NCBI GenBank assembly: GCA_964016885.1
Contig: OZ024742.1
Coordinates: forward strand, 56,172,001 to 56,236,000
DNA: 64,000 bases
From: Eledone cirrhosa
Lineage: Eukaryota
Direction of reading: 5' to 3'
The translations under genes were made by a program, and so were the position numbers. Shown here one piece after another: positions 14,167 through 32,884 of the stretch. Each line of letters opens with the position of its first letter. The first letter of the stretch is position 1. The notes beneath the pieces are model-generated. The model searched no databases, was not told the DNA's origin, and saw only the letters and a program-made list of their open reading frames with translations.

Positions 14167-14400
14167 ACTAGACATGAAAAATGCGCAAGCTCAAAAGATT
14201 TAATGTAATAACAGCTATAAATAATTACTTAATATTATTAAACATATTGTATTTATTGTGATATTTTTATAAAGGATGCCACAGATGTACGATAGATAAT
14301 GATCACAATATTTTTGAGTAACAACTCTAGTCCCACACTTTTGAAGGTTTATTATAACATTCTGTGGCTCTTTTGAGCTTGCGCATTTTTCATGTCTAGT
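14167..14400. repeat. 32-bp inverted repeat; arm resembles the terminus of the 47094-48174 element
   Basis: actagacatgaaaaatgcgcaagctcaaaaga / tcttttgagcttgcgcatttttcatgtctagt, followed by TA/TG repeats. Confidence 0.75.
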
Positions 14401-14802
14401 ATATATATGTGTGTGTGTGTATGCTTGTGTGCGTATATCTGTGTGTGTTTGTGTGTCTGTGTGTGTATATATTCATACATACATATCCTTAGAAATCTAA
14501 AGTAATAAAGTAATAAATGAATTGATAGGCAAAACATTAGTTCCGAAGGACTCAATACAGAAGGATGTGTACAATAAATAATTTTATTCAAGTTCAAAAG
14601 ACATTACCAGATTATGATTTGTTGGCGTTTCATCGGCCGAATTATCAAAATTGTAATTACGATATTGAACAAACGCCAGATTGGTTCGCGATTAATCGTA
14701 ATCCTGTACTATCTCACTCTCTCAATCTCTCTCTCCCACAAACACTCACAAACACACACACGCACACACACGCACACACTCGCACACACTCGCGCACACA
14801 CT

Positions 14803-14889
<87 letters not shown>

Positions 14890-15438
14890 GAGTGTGGGTG
14901 ATTGTGTATTTATGTATATATCTATGTACATACGTACATATGTATATGTATATATGGGTATAAAGTTATTATTGCCAGATTGGAATAGGGTAGAGAATCT
15001 GCTCTCTACTAAGATTCCCCAAATGGTTTGTATCTCATATAGCCTTCGACAAACGAAGCCCAGCTCATGGTCTCCCTGTGGCGGAGATATTTTGAACTCA
15101 CAAGAAAAAGGGGATACGTAAGATATTCGAGCCTTAAAACCAATTACTCTGTGTAGAGAGAACTCGTGACTCTCGGGTAGAAATCTATGTAAGAGAAGGT
15201 TCATTCCGAATTCACCTACGGGGTTAATGGGACTCTTTAGTTATAATTATGACAATCCATCTGTGCGAGGACACTTAGAAATCCTACTGAATTGTTTTTC
15301 AGGATTCGCAGTGTGTCCACTGTGAGTGAAGGTCCCCAAGCTATTGTCACCCCGTTCTTCTATGTGAGAGAAATTCTAAAGATATGTTGCTTACGTGATT
15401 ATTGGTCATCTTGTTTATCTGTGTCATCATAATAATTG

Positions 15439-15627
15439 ATTGTTTCTACTTTAGGCACAAGGCCAGCAATTACCCAGTGTGTTACTGGTACTTTATTTTA
15501 TCGACCCCGTCAGAATGAAAGGCAAAGTTAACCTCGGCGGGATTTGAACTCAGATCGTAAAGGGCAGTAACTCGTTGCTGCAAAGCATAGCGTCCGACCC
15601 TCTACCAATACTGTCAACCCACCGCCT
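15439..15627 (-). mobile_element. tRNA-derived SINE copy
   Basis: Reverse complement of the SINE body at 7515. Confidence 0.85.
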
Positions 15628-15795
15628 ATATATCCACTTTAACATATAATATACAAATGTCTCTTTTGCATCTTCTTATTTATTATTCTGTCTAGCCGAT
15701 GCAGGCCGTCACTCTCAGCTCTTGGCATCATATAGAGTGTATATTATAGATGAAGGTTCTATTGCTGCAGTTATCAGGGTCTACACGAATTTGCG

Positions 15796-15865
<70 letters not shown>

Positions 15866-15870
<5 letters not shown>

Positions 15871-16158
15871 ATATTAAATAACTGGAAACTATATTTATAA
15901 AACCATATTTATTCTATTATATATATTTATATATATATTTATTTATAAAACAAACTTTGTATTTTATCTGATGATAGCGTACCAAAGTGTTGGTACCCTT
16001 GAAATATATATAATAGAATAAATATGGTTTTATAAATATAGTTTCCATTTATTTAATATCATTGAATATTATACTCCAGAAAACTTGTCGGGCGCTCTGA
16101 ATCAGTTATAAACATTTATATTTGTTGAATTACCAACAAATTGAATATCCCTTTTGCC
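15866..16158 (+). mobile_element. Fold-back pLTR element, same family as 11980, between TA tracts
   Basis: Arms at about 15866-15927 and 16001-16063; 3' tail homologous to 12356-12450. Confidence 0.85.
15961..16019 (+). ncRNA. Type I minimal hammerhead ribozyme
   Basis: attttat-CTGATGA-tagcgtaccaa/ttggtaccctt-GAAA-TATATA-TA-atagaat. Confidence 0.85.
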
Positions 16159-16257
<99 letters not shown>

Positions 16258-17049
16258 CAACTGGATTTCCGAAATTCGATGTTTTTGGTAATTTTATTGT
16301 TTTATTTTGAATAGAGAAGCTTAGTCTTACTCTCACCGACAGTCTGTTTTATAAACTTCTCTTCAGCTGAAGTTGAACCAGAGCCAAAATATTTACCTCA
16401 AATAAGTCTATTTTATGCCCGAAATCAAATCTGTAATTTCCCTGTCCTCATTATTATAGTTAGTTTCAAATATTCGTGCAAACTGCCAGAAATGACTGCT
16501 TCCTTTATCTCATTACTGTATTCCATTACTGTATTCCTCTAAAGAACCACCCATATATTTGATCTTACAGCAAAGAAGAAACGAGCTTTACTAGGTCGCT
16601 GCGCCTCCTAGATGTAGCAGTGAAATTTCGTGAAAGTTACAACCATAAGATCTTTGAATATAACTTCGTTCAACTATGTGATCAACTAACATTCACAAAT
16701 TTCTTTCATCAGCGTTGAGAGTCAAATGTTTATATATATATTCTGGTAACATTTATGTACATTTTTTCTTCAAACTTCGATTTTGTATCTAATTCCGTGT
16801 AGTTAACTATTTGTCTAATCAATTTTTACAGGCTAGAAGAAATAATTAGGTAAGTGTCATATGCCTGTACATCGCGGAAAAGAATATGTATCACTTGTTT
16901 AGTGATACATATGTACATTCATAAGTACATTTTAAACTTATAGCCTCGTTTAAATGATTTTTTGTGTGGTTAATTTATACTGATTGGGAGAGGAAATACG
17001 GTATATATTTTATCTAATGATTTTTTGGACTTACATTTATATATATATA

Positions 17050-17112
<63 letters not shown>

Positions 17113-19385
17113 AAAATCTCTTTCACCTCTTCAACTAATCATATGAACACCACATATGCAACTAGAAACCTTAGAAACCACAACAATTGGTCGCTATCTT
17201 AATCTCTGTGTGTCACATCACAAATTGTATTTCAAAGATCATATTTACTACTTATTATCATAAAGTACTTCCTCCTTCTGTTGTCGACATCCTGAACTGT
17301 AAACATATTATTAGTTTGCTAGAACACATCTTATATATAATAACTAGTGTTATTATCATATGCTCAAATATTAAGGAACATCGTCAATACGAAGTAAAGC
17401 AAATATGCTATTTCCACTCTGTCAGGTTTTCTAACACTGTCTATGATTTCTAGCACGACTCTCAGGGACTTGGATTCTTTGCTTACTAGCAAAGTGTCGA
17501 CTGGCGATAAGCCATACTCAGATTTCCTTTCTTGCATTTCTACTTTCATTCGTTATTTTCCCTGACTTTGGGACTAAACAGTTTTCTCAATCATACTCTC
17601 CTAGAACCGTAAATCGCTCGGATTCAGTATAGCTTTCCCATAAACAACAATCTTATAGATGTGCATACTGAACAACAACTGCGACTATCTCTGCAGTCAT
17701 TGAAGACTTGTAAAGTTATAGTCACTGAATTTCTCCCTGAGCTAACATACCAAACCATGTTTTAAAATACTATTGGGAAAATATGTTTCTCCGCTTAGAA
17801 TTCTAACGTAAATATTTCTTTAAATGTTATTCGTTTGCTCAGTTTGTTTATGTGTTGATATATCCTTGACATTTTAATATGTCTTCCAATATGTTATGGT
17901 GGCAGTTACACACCAATTATTCAATGATGTAATATTATTACTGCCATGACGCCAGCCAAGTGAAGTAAATCATGGCACAGCTTGATGTTAAATCCTCCAA
18001 TATACTCGATATGTTTATGAACATCCCAGTCTTCATGTTTGTTAACTTGAAGGAGTCATGTAATCTTTTCATGATTTCTCTTTTGTACGTTAACCCGCAT
18101 TGACATTTTAAAATAAAAGTCAGATAGAGAAATAAATACCCTCAATACAAACATCTCACGGGAAATAAATAGTTAATAAATAGATAGATAGATAGGTGAT
18201 TAATAGATAGATAGGTGATTGATATATAGATAGATACTTATAAACATACGCACGTGCAGACGTACGTACATACATACGTATGCAAACTCGTGTTGGAGCA
18301 TTGCCATCGCTCGATAAAATGTTCAAAAATGTGAGGCATGAATGTGGCTCTTTAAACCAGCCAATGACTTGCATCCTCTGGCACATACATGGCAACCGTA
18401 GGCTCCTCCTGGACCTTCCATTGCTTTGTTCTTACTGTGTGTTCTCGTGTGTCTTTTTAGACATATATACATACGTACATACATACATTCAAACAGAAAT
18501 ACAGATCGACAGACAGACATGACCAAGATTTAGTACACCACTTTGCCCCATAAGGGTGATACGTAGAAAATTGTGTCCTATAACATTCACTATCAAAAAG
18601 ACATATTTCAGGGTGATAGCGCATCACTTCTGTTCTTCGTCTTTTCATTAAACCCACTACCATAACTTCTCACAAAGCCATAGAAAGGGATTCAGAAGTA
18701 TCTTTTGTAATAAGAATTTAGGGGCATATGTATTGTATGATATATTTCTATATGTCATTAGCTCTTGAATTTATATTATTAATATCTCGATATGGCGCGT
18801 GTTTGCAATTTCTCAGATACGACATTTTTATTCATTTCATTAACATAAATATGCTCCTAAATTTTTCTTTGGTCGAGCTTCTTATTGCTGCATGATTTTT
18901 CTTTTTGGCTGCTATTTCTAGCCATCCACATATATATTCATGTCACGTAGGCAAAATTCAAGCGCGCTGTTTTTTCGTATCTACTCGGCCAGTCCTTAAA
19001 TTTGCTTAGAGGTGTAAGTTTGTATAGTTTAACTGTCTCTCCCTGCTGATCCTAGATCATTTGAACTTTACCATTCCAAGGTGAGACATATTTCTATTGC
19101 CATTAAGGAACTATGTATGAGAGAGTAAAATAATTATTTGATGTTCTGTATGTACTGTTTGATTTTTTTTTGTTAAACTGCCTATACCGACTGCTAATTT
19201 AAGATTGATATGTTCTTACATTTTTTGCAAATTATTTCCTGTGTATTGTTTGATATATTTCTATATGTGGCATTTGTTCCTGAATTTATATTATTAGTAG
19301 CTCAGAATTTATCCTTGAGCTTTTATTTCAGGCAATATGGCGCGTGTCTATAATTTCTAAGGCACGACATTTTTATTCATTTTAG

Positions 19386-19425
<40 letters not shown>

Positions 19426-19473
19426 GTATGTATTAGAAGAGCAAAGTAAGGTTCTATACAAAACAGTGGATAT

Positions 19474-20624
19474 AGAGAAAGGGTAAAGTTGGAAATAGCA
19501 CGGAAATATATACTTTAGGGCCTGTTTTTCTTTTTTTTCCTTTCTTTGATTCGTCAAAGTGACATTATTGAAAATATGAGAGGGACAATTCTTTGAAAAA
19601 AGAGTTTTAATTACATTTAAATTTAAAAAAAAAACAGAGCAGAGTATCAGTGGTGGCTTTCAATCAGGAATGTTTGGAAAATAAGTGAATGAGCAATTTT
19701 TTCTCTCTTATTTCGTGTTGGAGGGAGGGAGAGAAAATGTATTTATTAACAAATTTAAACCAACATTGAATATGTATTCACCCCCATTAGATCCTATCAA
19801 CAACCCACGCACACACACACCACAACATAAGAGAGAAAAATTGCTCATTCACATATTTTCCAAAAATTCCTGATTGAAAGCCACCACTGATACTCTGCTC
19901 CGTTTTCTTTTATTCCCCACCACAAAGGGACCTGTGACAGAAAGACTGAACCCCCCCCCCCCCCAACACACACACACACATGTGTGTATTTCTATATATA
20001 CACCCTCACACTGTACACACACTCCCTAAAACCATATTCCAATAATAGAATTTCTTTTACAACCCTACTGTTACCATAGAATTTGTTTCTAGCTTAAAAT
20101 TCCCCATCCCCTTCCCACCTCCATTTGAACTCTTGACCAGTCAATTAACACAATCAGATATATATACACACACATATTTACATAATATTACCTTTGCCCC
20201 CAAAAAATAATTTTGTTTCGTGAAGAAACACAACTACCAACAGTGCTGCTGCTGCTACTATCATGACTACACACCTCTCTATATATACACAAGAACGTAT
20301 TCTCCAGTCTCCTTCTCAGCAAGGGAGATGGAAAAAACTTACCTCAACACTTAATTTTAAATCTTAAATTTTAAATTTTTAATTCATATTAATTCTTTTT
20401 AATTGTAATACTCAATATTTGATAAGATGAATTTTACTAATACATCGAAAGCGGTAATACTTTATATGCTTTATATACTTTATATACATTATAAAACACT
20501 TTTTAAAAATAATTATCCCTCTCATTTTTTCAATAATGTCACTTTGACGAATCAAAATATGGGAAACAAAAAGAACAGACCCTAAAATATATTTCCGTGC
20601 TATTTCCAACTTCACCTTTTCTCT
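19474..20624. repeat. Nested inverted repeats (outer 19474-19608/20492-20624; inner 19631-19711/19827-19906)
   Basis: Reverse-complement matches read directly, e.g. gttggaaatagcacggaaatata / tatatttccgtgctatttccaac and gagcagagtatcagtggtggctttcaatcagg / cctgattgaaagccaccactgatactctgctc. Confidence 0.8.
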
Positions 20625-20634
20625 TTCTCTCTCC

Positions 20635-20701
<67 letters not shown>

Positions 20702-20733
20702 AGATTTTTTCTTATATCAATGTTTGACGGGCA

Positions 20734-20855
20734 TCCACTGATGATTTATAAGTGCCCACCTGCATATGTTCTTACAGAAAAATGTGCAGGCTTCTACATA
20801 ACCCGGAAACATTCTCCCAACTTGTAGAAAACTTATAATGAAACAATTGTTTGGA
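20734..20855 (+). ncRNA. Type I hammerhead with an enlarged, branched loop II
   Basis: tcca-CTGATGA-tttataagt...acttataat-GAAAC-AATT-GTT-tgga. Confidence 0.75.
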
Positions 20856-21468
20856 AAGGGAGATATATTTTAATTTTAATTATATCTCATATAAAATAAT
20901 ACAACTGGCTTTCCGCAAAATACATATAGTTAGCACCCCAAACATAAAATTGGGATTATACTAAGGTATATCCTAATGTCTGTTGAGTGAGATGGTAGCC
21001 AGTCAGAGTATAGCTTAAGGCTTTCTCTGTTAATGTATTGAATATTTTACTCTTGATTTGGCCAGAGATGAATATTTCCAGATACCTTTTAAGCGTAGCT
21101 TTCCGTATTTATTATTATTATGAAATATTGATTGTTATTCTGGTATCATATCTCTGTTTTTAGCCTAAGAAAATACCTATATGCGTGTATAATTAATACA
21201 TGCATATATTTTTTTAAAAATCTAATTGAGTTCTTAACACGCAGGGTTAAAATTGTTGAAAAAGTTAATTGACCCACGTATAAATTATTTTACTTTCTTG
21301 TGTTTCGCGATTGCCTCCCTTTTTCGCTTCATGACGCTGTGAAATTCCTCATTCGGAGACTGCTGGAATTTCAAATTTGGCGGTCATTATGATGCGAGAA
21401 GGTTCAATTGCTGACACGAAAACTGACATCGGTAAGAGATTTTTTCTTATATCAATGTTTAACGGGCA

Positions 21469-21590
21469 TCCACTGATGAATTATAAGTGCCCACCTGCAT
21501 ATATTCTTACGGGAAAATGTGCAGGCTTCTACATAACCCGGACACATTCTCCCAACTTGTAGAAAACTTATAATGAAACAATTGTTTGGA
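21469..21590 (+). ncRNA. Type I hammerhead with an enlarged, branched loop II (second copy)
   Basis: tcca-CTGATGA-attataagt...acttataat-GAAAC-AATT-GTT-tgga. Confidence 0.78.
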
Positions 21591-21982
21591 AAGGGAGGTA
21601 TATTTTAATTTTAATTATATCTCATATAAAATAATACAACTGGCTTTCCGCAAAATACATATAGCTAGCACCCCAAACATAAAATTTTGGATTATACTAA
21701 GGTATATCCGAATGTTTGTTGAGTGAGATGGTAGCCAGTCAGAGTATAGCTTAAGGCTTTCTCTGTTAATGTATTGAGTATACGTATATATATGTGTTTG
21801 TGTCTATATTGTATCTGTATTTTTGACCGTTAGTCACTTAATGGCAACATTGAGGACCGAATAAATTAAATTAACGATATAAAAGACACAGAAGCGAAAA
21901 GCGAAAACCAACCAAACAGTGAGTGTGTTCTGTTATTAATTCTGGCAATATTACACAAATTTGACCCTCCCCAAGTAGAACG

Positions 21983-25070
<3,088 letters not shown>

Positions 25071-25194
25071 CTTCCGACTTTTAATCTGAAGGACTATAAG
25101 GATAACTTCGATACTAACCCTAAAATTAGATTAATATGTCCTTCAAAGGTTGTCGAGTAGAGTTTTAATATCTCGTTGCAGTTCGTTTTTCCTT

Positions 25195-27507
25195 CCGACT
25201 TTTAATCTGAAGGACCATAAGGATAACTTCGATACTAACCCTAAAATTAGATTAATATGTCCTTCAAAGTCCGATATAGGTAGAATTAGTAAGTACATAT
25301 TAGATCGTATTATCCCCCAAGTTAAGGCTAGGGTAGATATTGAATTATGGGGTAATACTCATCAGGCAATAAGATGGTTCAATAACATTAGGGACAAAAA
25401 CAAATCTTCTTTTATTCAATTCGATATAGATGAATACTATTCCTCTATTTCACCCGAAACCCTGCATAAGGCCCTCTCTTTCGCTAAGACTAACTCGGAC
25501 CTCACAAACGAGGAAATTAATATTATACTTGAAGCTAGACGCACAGTAGTGCACTTTGAAAATAGTTATTGGGTCCGCAGAGATAGACCCTCGGAATACG
25601 ACATTACGATGGGTTCTAATGATTCGGCGGAGGTCACGGATCTGGTTGGGATCTATATAGCCCATAGACTCCAGAGCGAATTTACGGACCTCCACGGCGG
25701 AATATACCGCGACGATACACTTCTATTAGTCAAGAATATGAACAAACAAAACCTAGAAAGGCGACGTAAAAACATTAGGAAACTTTTCTTAGAACTAGGG
25801 CTTAATATTACCTTCGAACACAATCTTAAGGTGGTCAACTTCTTGGATGTCACCTTCAACCTTAATAACGGTAATATAGAGCCATTTCACAAACTTAATG
25901 AAAATCTCTAGTATGTTAATGTAAAATTGAACCACCCTCATTCCATTATTAAATCTATCCCTAAAAGTATATCCATAAGGATCTCCCGACTGTCGTCTAA
26001 TTTGCAGACTTTCAACGAGCATGCTGAATATTATAATGACGCACTTAGAAAAGCTGGTTACTGCGAGAAAATAGAATATCTAGACGATAACCACATAAGT
26101 ACTATGAATAAAACACATCTAAGTCGAACTAGTATTGCACCACACACACACATCAATAGGCATACTAATAGGTGCAAACCAGCAAATAGAGTCAGACGTA
26201 GAGAGTACATATGGTATAACCCCGTGTACAATTCTTCTATTAGCACTAAGATTATCTCACAATTCTATACACTAATCAATAAACACTTTACAACTTCACA
26301 TAAATACTATAAAATCTTTAACTTGCGCACCATTAGACTCTCATACTCCACTGCACCTAACATAGAACAACTAATTAAAAAACTCAACTCAGCAATACTG
26401 AATAAGTACATCCCTAATGACTCAGCGCACCAGCATAGCAACATACAATGCACTAACACGCAACTACAACCCCACCAAACTATCCAGGGTTCTACTGCAA
26501 AACATAAAAATAATTGTAACTGCACCAAACCAGGTACGTGCCCACTGAATAACCAGTGCCTAGCACGCAATATTGTCTACCGATGTACAATAAATTCCGG
26601 AACCAACAAATGGTATTACGTCGGATGTACCGCAACTTCTTTCAAGGCTCGCCTATACCAACATCGATCTTCGATCAGGCACGAGAAAATGCGCTCCGTA
26701 ACAACCCTCGCCGATAAAGCCTGGCAGCTCCGGAGGAACAATCAAGCATTCTCCCTTGATTGGCAAATTATTGCAGCTGCGCCTGCATATAAGCAAAATC
26801 ATCGATTCTACAAGTTATGCAATTTAGAGATATACTGCATTTTAACGTCGGTAAACAAACTTTTGAACAGCAAAATTGAACGTTCTCTATACTGTAACCA
26901 TCGTTTGAAAACGACTTTTTCTTTTTTTAAATGCATATAATGTTACCTTTTTACACCACCGTTTGCAAATTTCTGTTTCATATGTTTATACACAAGATAT
27001 GGCTTTCTATAATAATAGTACTAAACACTGTTTTCTGGACCCCTTTAGAAATAACCTGCTACTATAATAGCCCCAATAACTTGCCTGTGACACTGTACCA
27101 CTTTGACCCCTTTAACTAAATTTTGTCCGAACAACACCACTAGAAGAATTTACTTCCCCCGCCAACCTTAACACGCCTCATTAAGCTAACTGCTGCCAAA
27201 ACATTCTCTCCTTACAATCTCTACTAGTCTGACAGTCTTAAATCCTAAGACTCCATCCACCTTACTCACTTCCCTCTTCCCCTTCTCTTCCTACCTCCTT
27301 CTTTATCTTTTATCTAGTGTATAAAATATTTTCATATCATTCCAATACAAAGGTCTGACGACATGGTGTGTCTGCTTACAGTGTACCTTCGGTTTATGAT
27401 AATATTTTTATATTATTCAAATAGCGAGGAATAGGTAACCCATACACTATAGAAACAATTGTTACCTAATAAATTCTGTATACCCGCATTTCCATTTCAT
27501 AAACTTC

Positions 27508-27511
<4 letters not shown>
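25195..27511 (+). mobile_element. Penelope-like element, right arm of the 5-kb palindrome
   Basis: ORFs 25150-25911 (RT) and 25927-26940 (thumb, linker, GIY-YIG) in one frame, separated by TAG; reverse complement of 22495-24811; ends in (TA)n. Confidence 0.93.
27351..27467 (+). ncRNA. Type I hammerhead in pLTR
   Basis: aggt-CTGACGA-catggtgtg...catacactata-GAAAC-AATT-GTT-acct, immediately followed by AATAAA. Confidence 0.75.
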
Positions 27512-27573
<62 letters not shown>

Positions 27574-29870
27574 ATATGTGCTCTGAAATAGGGGTGTATA
27601 CATGAATATATGCATAGTATGTTTGGCAATATACCGTATGTTTAATTTAAAACATTTTGAAGACCTTACGCTATCATTTTAAAGTACTGACTATGTCACT
27701 TACTTATTTTCGGCGAAAGAAGGCGGAGAAGCTAACAGTCTGTTTCATGGTGTTTGGCAATCATCAGCCTCTTCCGCCGAAAATTATAGAAGCTGGATTC
27801 TTATACAATTCCAGTAATAACCAGGAGCTGATTATACAGAGCGATTGCCGGTCCAGCAAAAATTAAATATATATATATATATATATATACATACGTACAT
27901 AACTACAAATGTACGTGCAAACAGATACATACATGTATTTCAAGTAATGTTTGCCCTATGGTGAAACTTATACCGTTTCGATGGAAAAGAAGCTTATTTG
28001 TTATGTATATATTATGCATTTCTTCAATATATTTCCTTCTAATCAGACATCATAGTAATAAGTATTAACTCTATTAAAGAATGAGATAAAAATATTTAAA
28101 CGTTGCATATTTAGACTGTTTCATTGCATTTATAATATCCGCATTGTATTTGTAATCACTGACCATGTCAATTATTATATTGAAACGTAGCTTAAGCTTG
28201 AAGGAACCATGTCGTGACGGATATCTGTTGCTATTGCACAACGTACGATGCGATTAATAGCAAACTATATAAAATTTCAGGTAAACTTGAATTTATTCAG
28301 TATTCTTGCTTCCACGCTGTTTTATTAGCATTGCATTTCATATTTCAGTGTACCTGAATCTACTTAAAATACCAAGCGTTGTATAATACCGTTATGATGA
28401 AAACTCAGTTTTACTTAATTACAATAAGATATGAAGGCAGCGAATTGACTAGGTCAATGGCGAGTAAGAAAGAATACCACATGCCTTTCTGTCCACCACT
28501 CTGCGTTCTGAGATCAAACCCCGCCATTGTCAACTTTGCATTTATTCTTCCGGCCTTGATACAATAAATACCAATCAAGAAAACGCTAACATCGTATTTA
28601 AATTAGAGACCATTAACTAAAGTTATGTCCACATGGAACATCCATCTGCTATTATACACTTCAGAATCTCAGAAGTGTAAATTCTTGAGCAAGAGAAAAT
28701 AGGAACATTATATATTCTATGTATTTCTAAGAATATCACCTATTAATAATCTATTAACTCATCTTTCTACCAAAATAGCAGAAATATAGAAGGGTTAGAA
28801 CATGAAATTTGATTGACGAGAAGTAGACATTTCAATAGTATCGAATGAAATCATTGAAGACGACGCTGGAACTCAATGACCTATATCATAGACTGTTTTT
28901 TCCAACAAAGTTTCAAAAATCTTCACATATATGAGCTAATTTCTTTTTACCAGGAAAGAGATACAAATATTTAATTTTAAAAAATTTACACAATTCAGAA
29001 TTTCATCATAAAAACTGTCACCAGTTTAATTAAAAATTAAAGAAATCAAAACAAAAACAAATGATGGTGGTGTTTTTTTCCATTCCTTTATTTATCCATT
29101 CATACAAAAGTCTTAAATTTAAATGTTGAATCAAGTTCTTCTTATTAATCAGTTATATATAACGAATTGACAAAGAAGAAAGCGACAGCGAGAAATCAAG
29201 CCTGATACAAAAAGAAAATGGCATAAGATAATAAACCAAGTTTTGAATAATGATTGCAGGAAATAGCAACAAAAACGTTCCAAATTAAAAAATTGTATAA
29301 AATCTGAACAAATATTGAATCGGTTGTGTTTAGAGTATACTTAACGTTAAATTAAAAAAAAACAAAGTACTTCAAAGATTGGATTAGATATAGAAGTGTG
29401 TGTACAGACAGGAAGAGAGTGGTGGGGCGGGAATGGCGGAGAATAAGTCGAAGGAGAGACAAGAAGTTAGAAAGAATGAAACAAGAAAGAAAGAGAGAAA
29501 GGAGCATGAAATATTATTTGAGATTTTTTGTGTATGTATATATATACCTTTTGCTTAGTGTATGTATATATATACCTTTTGTTTAATATATGTGTGTCAA
29601 AGAATGATGTGAGATATTGAAGAAGACGCATTAAGAGAGAAATAAAGAGTCAGGCAGATAGAAAGGTAGAGACAGATAGACTTTTACAAAGTAGCTAAAA
29701 GTTAATCAATGCAATTTAGTCATCAGACTAAAACACTAATCATATCTAATCGATTAAACAATATTATTTTTTCTATCATGTTATTAGGTTTCTGTGGTAT
29801 AATACACACATATATATATATATATATATATACGTGTGTCTGTGTGGGGGGTGGGGGTGGGGGTGCGCGC

Positions 29871-29911
<41 letters not shown>

Positions 29912-30222
29912 GTAAATATAGATTTACACATGTATCTGTACAATGCTTACGTTAGAGTTAATTGAGGCAAGTGCATTTTGTTTTCCTATATTCTCCGCAG
30001 TAGTATTAATATTATTATTAGTATCATTACTACTACTAATATTACTTTTTATTGTTGTTGTTGTTTTTGCTGTTGTTCCTACTATTGTTATTGTTGTTGT
30101 GTTGTTATAACTATTTAAATTTGCAGTCAATTTGCTCTGTTGGTAAATATATTTTCGCTCAACCAAGTGTCATGTCGGTCTATCTTAAAAGATGACATTT
30201 TAATGGGAATGTGACAAAAGAA

Positions 30223-30255
<33 letters not shown>

Positions 30256-30392
30256 GTTGAATTTCTCTTGCTTTATGTTCATACGAGTTATCACCAAGTC
30301 ACAACCAGTGACCTCAAGAGACAACAAGGTCCGCCATGTTCAAGAAAGAACATACATACGCACACATGCATCTTTAGGTGTTTAGACTTGTG

Positions 30393-31145
<753 letters not shown>

Positions 31146-31508
31146 AGTATTATCATCATCGTTTGTGAATAAACTTAATTAGTAACAGATAATAACATAA
31201 TTTAAAAATCAGTTTTAAAAAGGCAAAAAATAATCAGAAAGAGAAAAGAAATTAATCAAAGAAAGAAACGGATATTGAAAGAAGGAAAAGCAAATGGTTA
31301 GAGATAAGAGTAGGGTTTGACGACTGAATCATTCTTCATGAAATTTGAAAGAAAATATCTTTTTATGAACGATCTAAAGATAACAATGAAATTAGGGAAA
31401 GTAATGTGAATGAAAGTCATAGTAAAAGAGAAACAGAATGAGATGAAAACTGTTTAGAAGAGTCAATTACAAATATAAAGGATCAGCTTTGATGTAATAC
31501 ATGGATGT

Positions 31509-31574
<66 letters not shown>

Positions 31575-31618
31575 GCATACACACACACACATATACATCT
31601 ATATATATATAAATATAT

Positions 31619-31652
<34 letters not shown>

Positions 31653-32776
31653 ATGTGTATATATATATATATCCATATGTATATATATATATATATAACA
31701 AGAGTGCGTTTGTTTATATATGTGGTTATGTATAGATATATGTATCAACATGAATACAGATAAGTATATATGAATTTAGTATATATACGTGTGTGTATGC
31801 GTATATGTATATGTGTATGTATGTATTATACAGGGGACTTTTTGTTTTGAGAGCCAACTACACAGATATTTGCTGAATGAATATTACAACGTTACATACA
31901 TAACAGATAATATGTTACCATTGTTGATCTTGTTTTTCTGCCGGCCTACTCCATGTTGTTGATGTAACCTAATAGTAATGGTAGCAGGAATATTAATCGA
32001 TGAAGTGGGTTATTTAACTGTAAACCATTATGAAGGTCCATATATTTTTAATTTATTTAACAAAGGCAACGAAAGTTTTACACAATAAAAATATGTATAT
32101 GAAGTAAATTCTGTCTGGTAAGCTTATTTTTCATTATCAATGGTTCCTTATTTTTGTATTTTTTAACCATTTTCCGAAATACCTATTGTGGAATACTTTC
32201 TCGCTCCAAAAACAAAATGCAAATGTTGGTTATGAATGGATTAGAATTTCAGTAACAACTAATAGAAAACTCATACAAAATTCATTAGATGTATAGCTTT
32301 TGAGTATGAAAATTTTCGTTAGGTTCGGTGAGGAGATAAAAAAGCTATGAATGTCTACAATGGTTCACAATTAAATGGCCCTCGCTGTATATCCTTGCTT
32401 TACATTAATGATCCAGATTCGTGCAGATATTCATACAAAATATGACGTCAGAAAAAAGACAGATAGTTTCTGTTGAGTCAACATAAACGTATTGTGGTTT
32501 TCATGCGAAAGATTTTGAGGATGTTACTCAGCCAGACACTGAAGGATTGTTATCGCTTAGTGCTTTTAATAACCAATCTTCCAAATGATGGAACTGTGTC
32601 AATGTTTGCGTGCAATGGTTTAACGTTCAGATATACCGATGTACTGACGGCCATATATATATGTACTTACCTACCTTTCAATATTTATATATATATATGT
32701 ATGAATATACATATATATATATACATACACGTATATATATATATATATATACTTGTTATATATATATATATACGTG

Positions 32777-32821
<45 letters not shown>

Positions 32822-32831
32822 CATACATACA

Positions 32832-32884
<53 letters not shown>

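Larger units (their letters stand above)
20699..21777 (+). mobile_element. Retrozyme-like non-autonomous element: about 343-bp direct repeats 735 bp apart, each with a hammerhead
   Basis: 20699-21041 matches 21434-21777; no informative ORF between them; preceded by (TA)n. Confidence 0.85.

Noticed and set aside
17200-18100. Possible old LINE RT remnant
   Set aside because: No convincing motif could be read.
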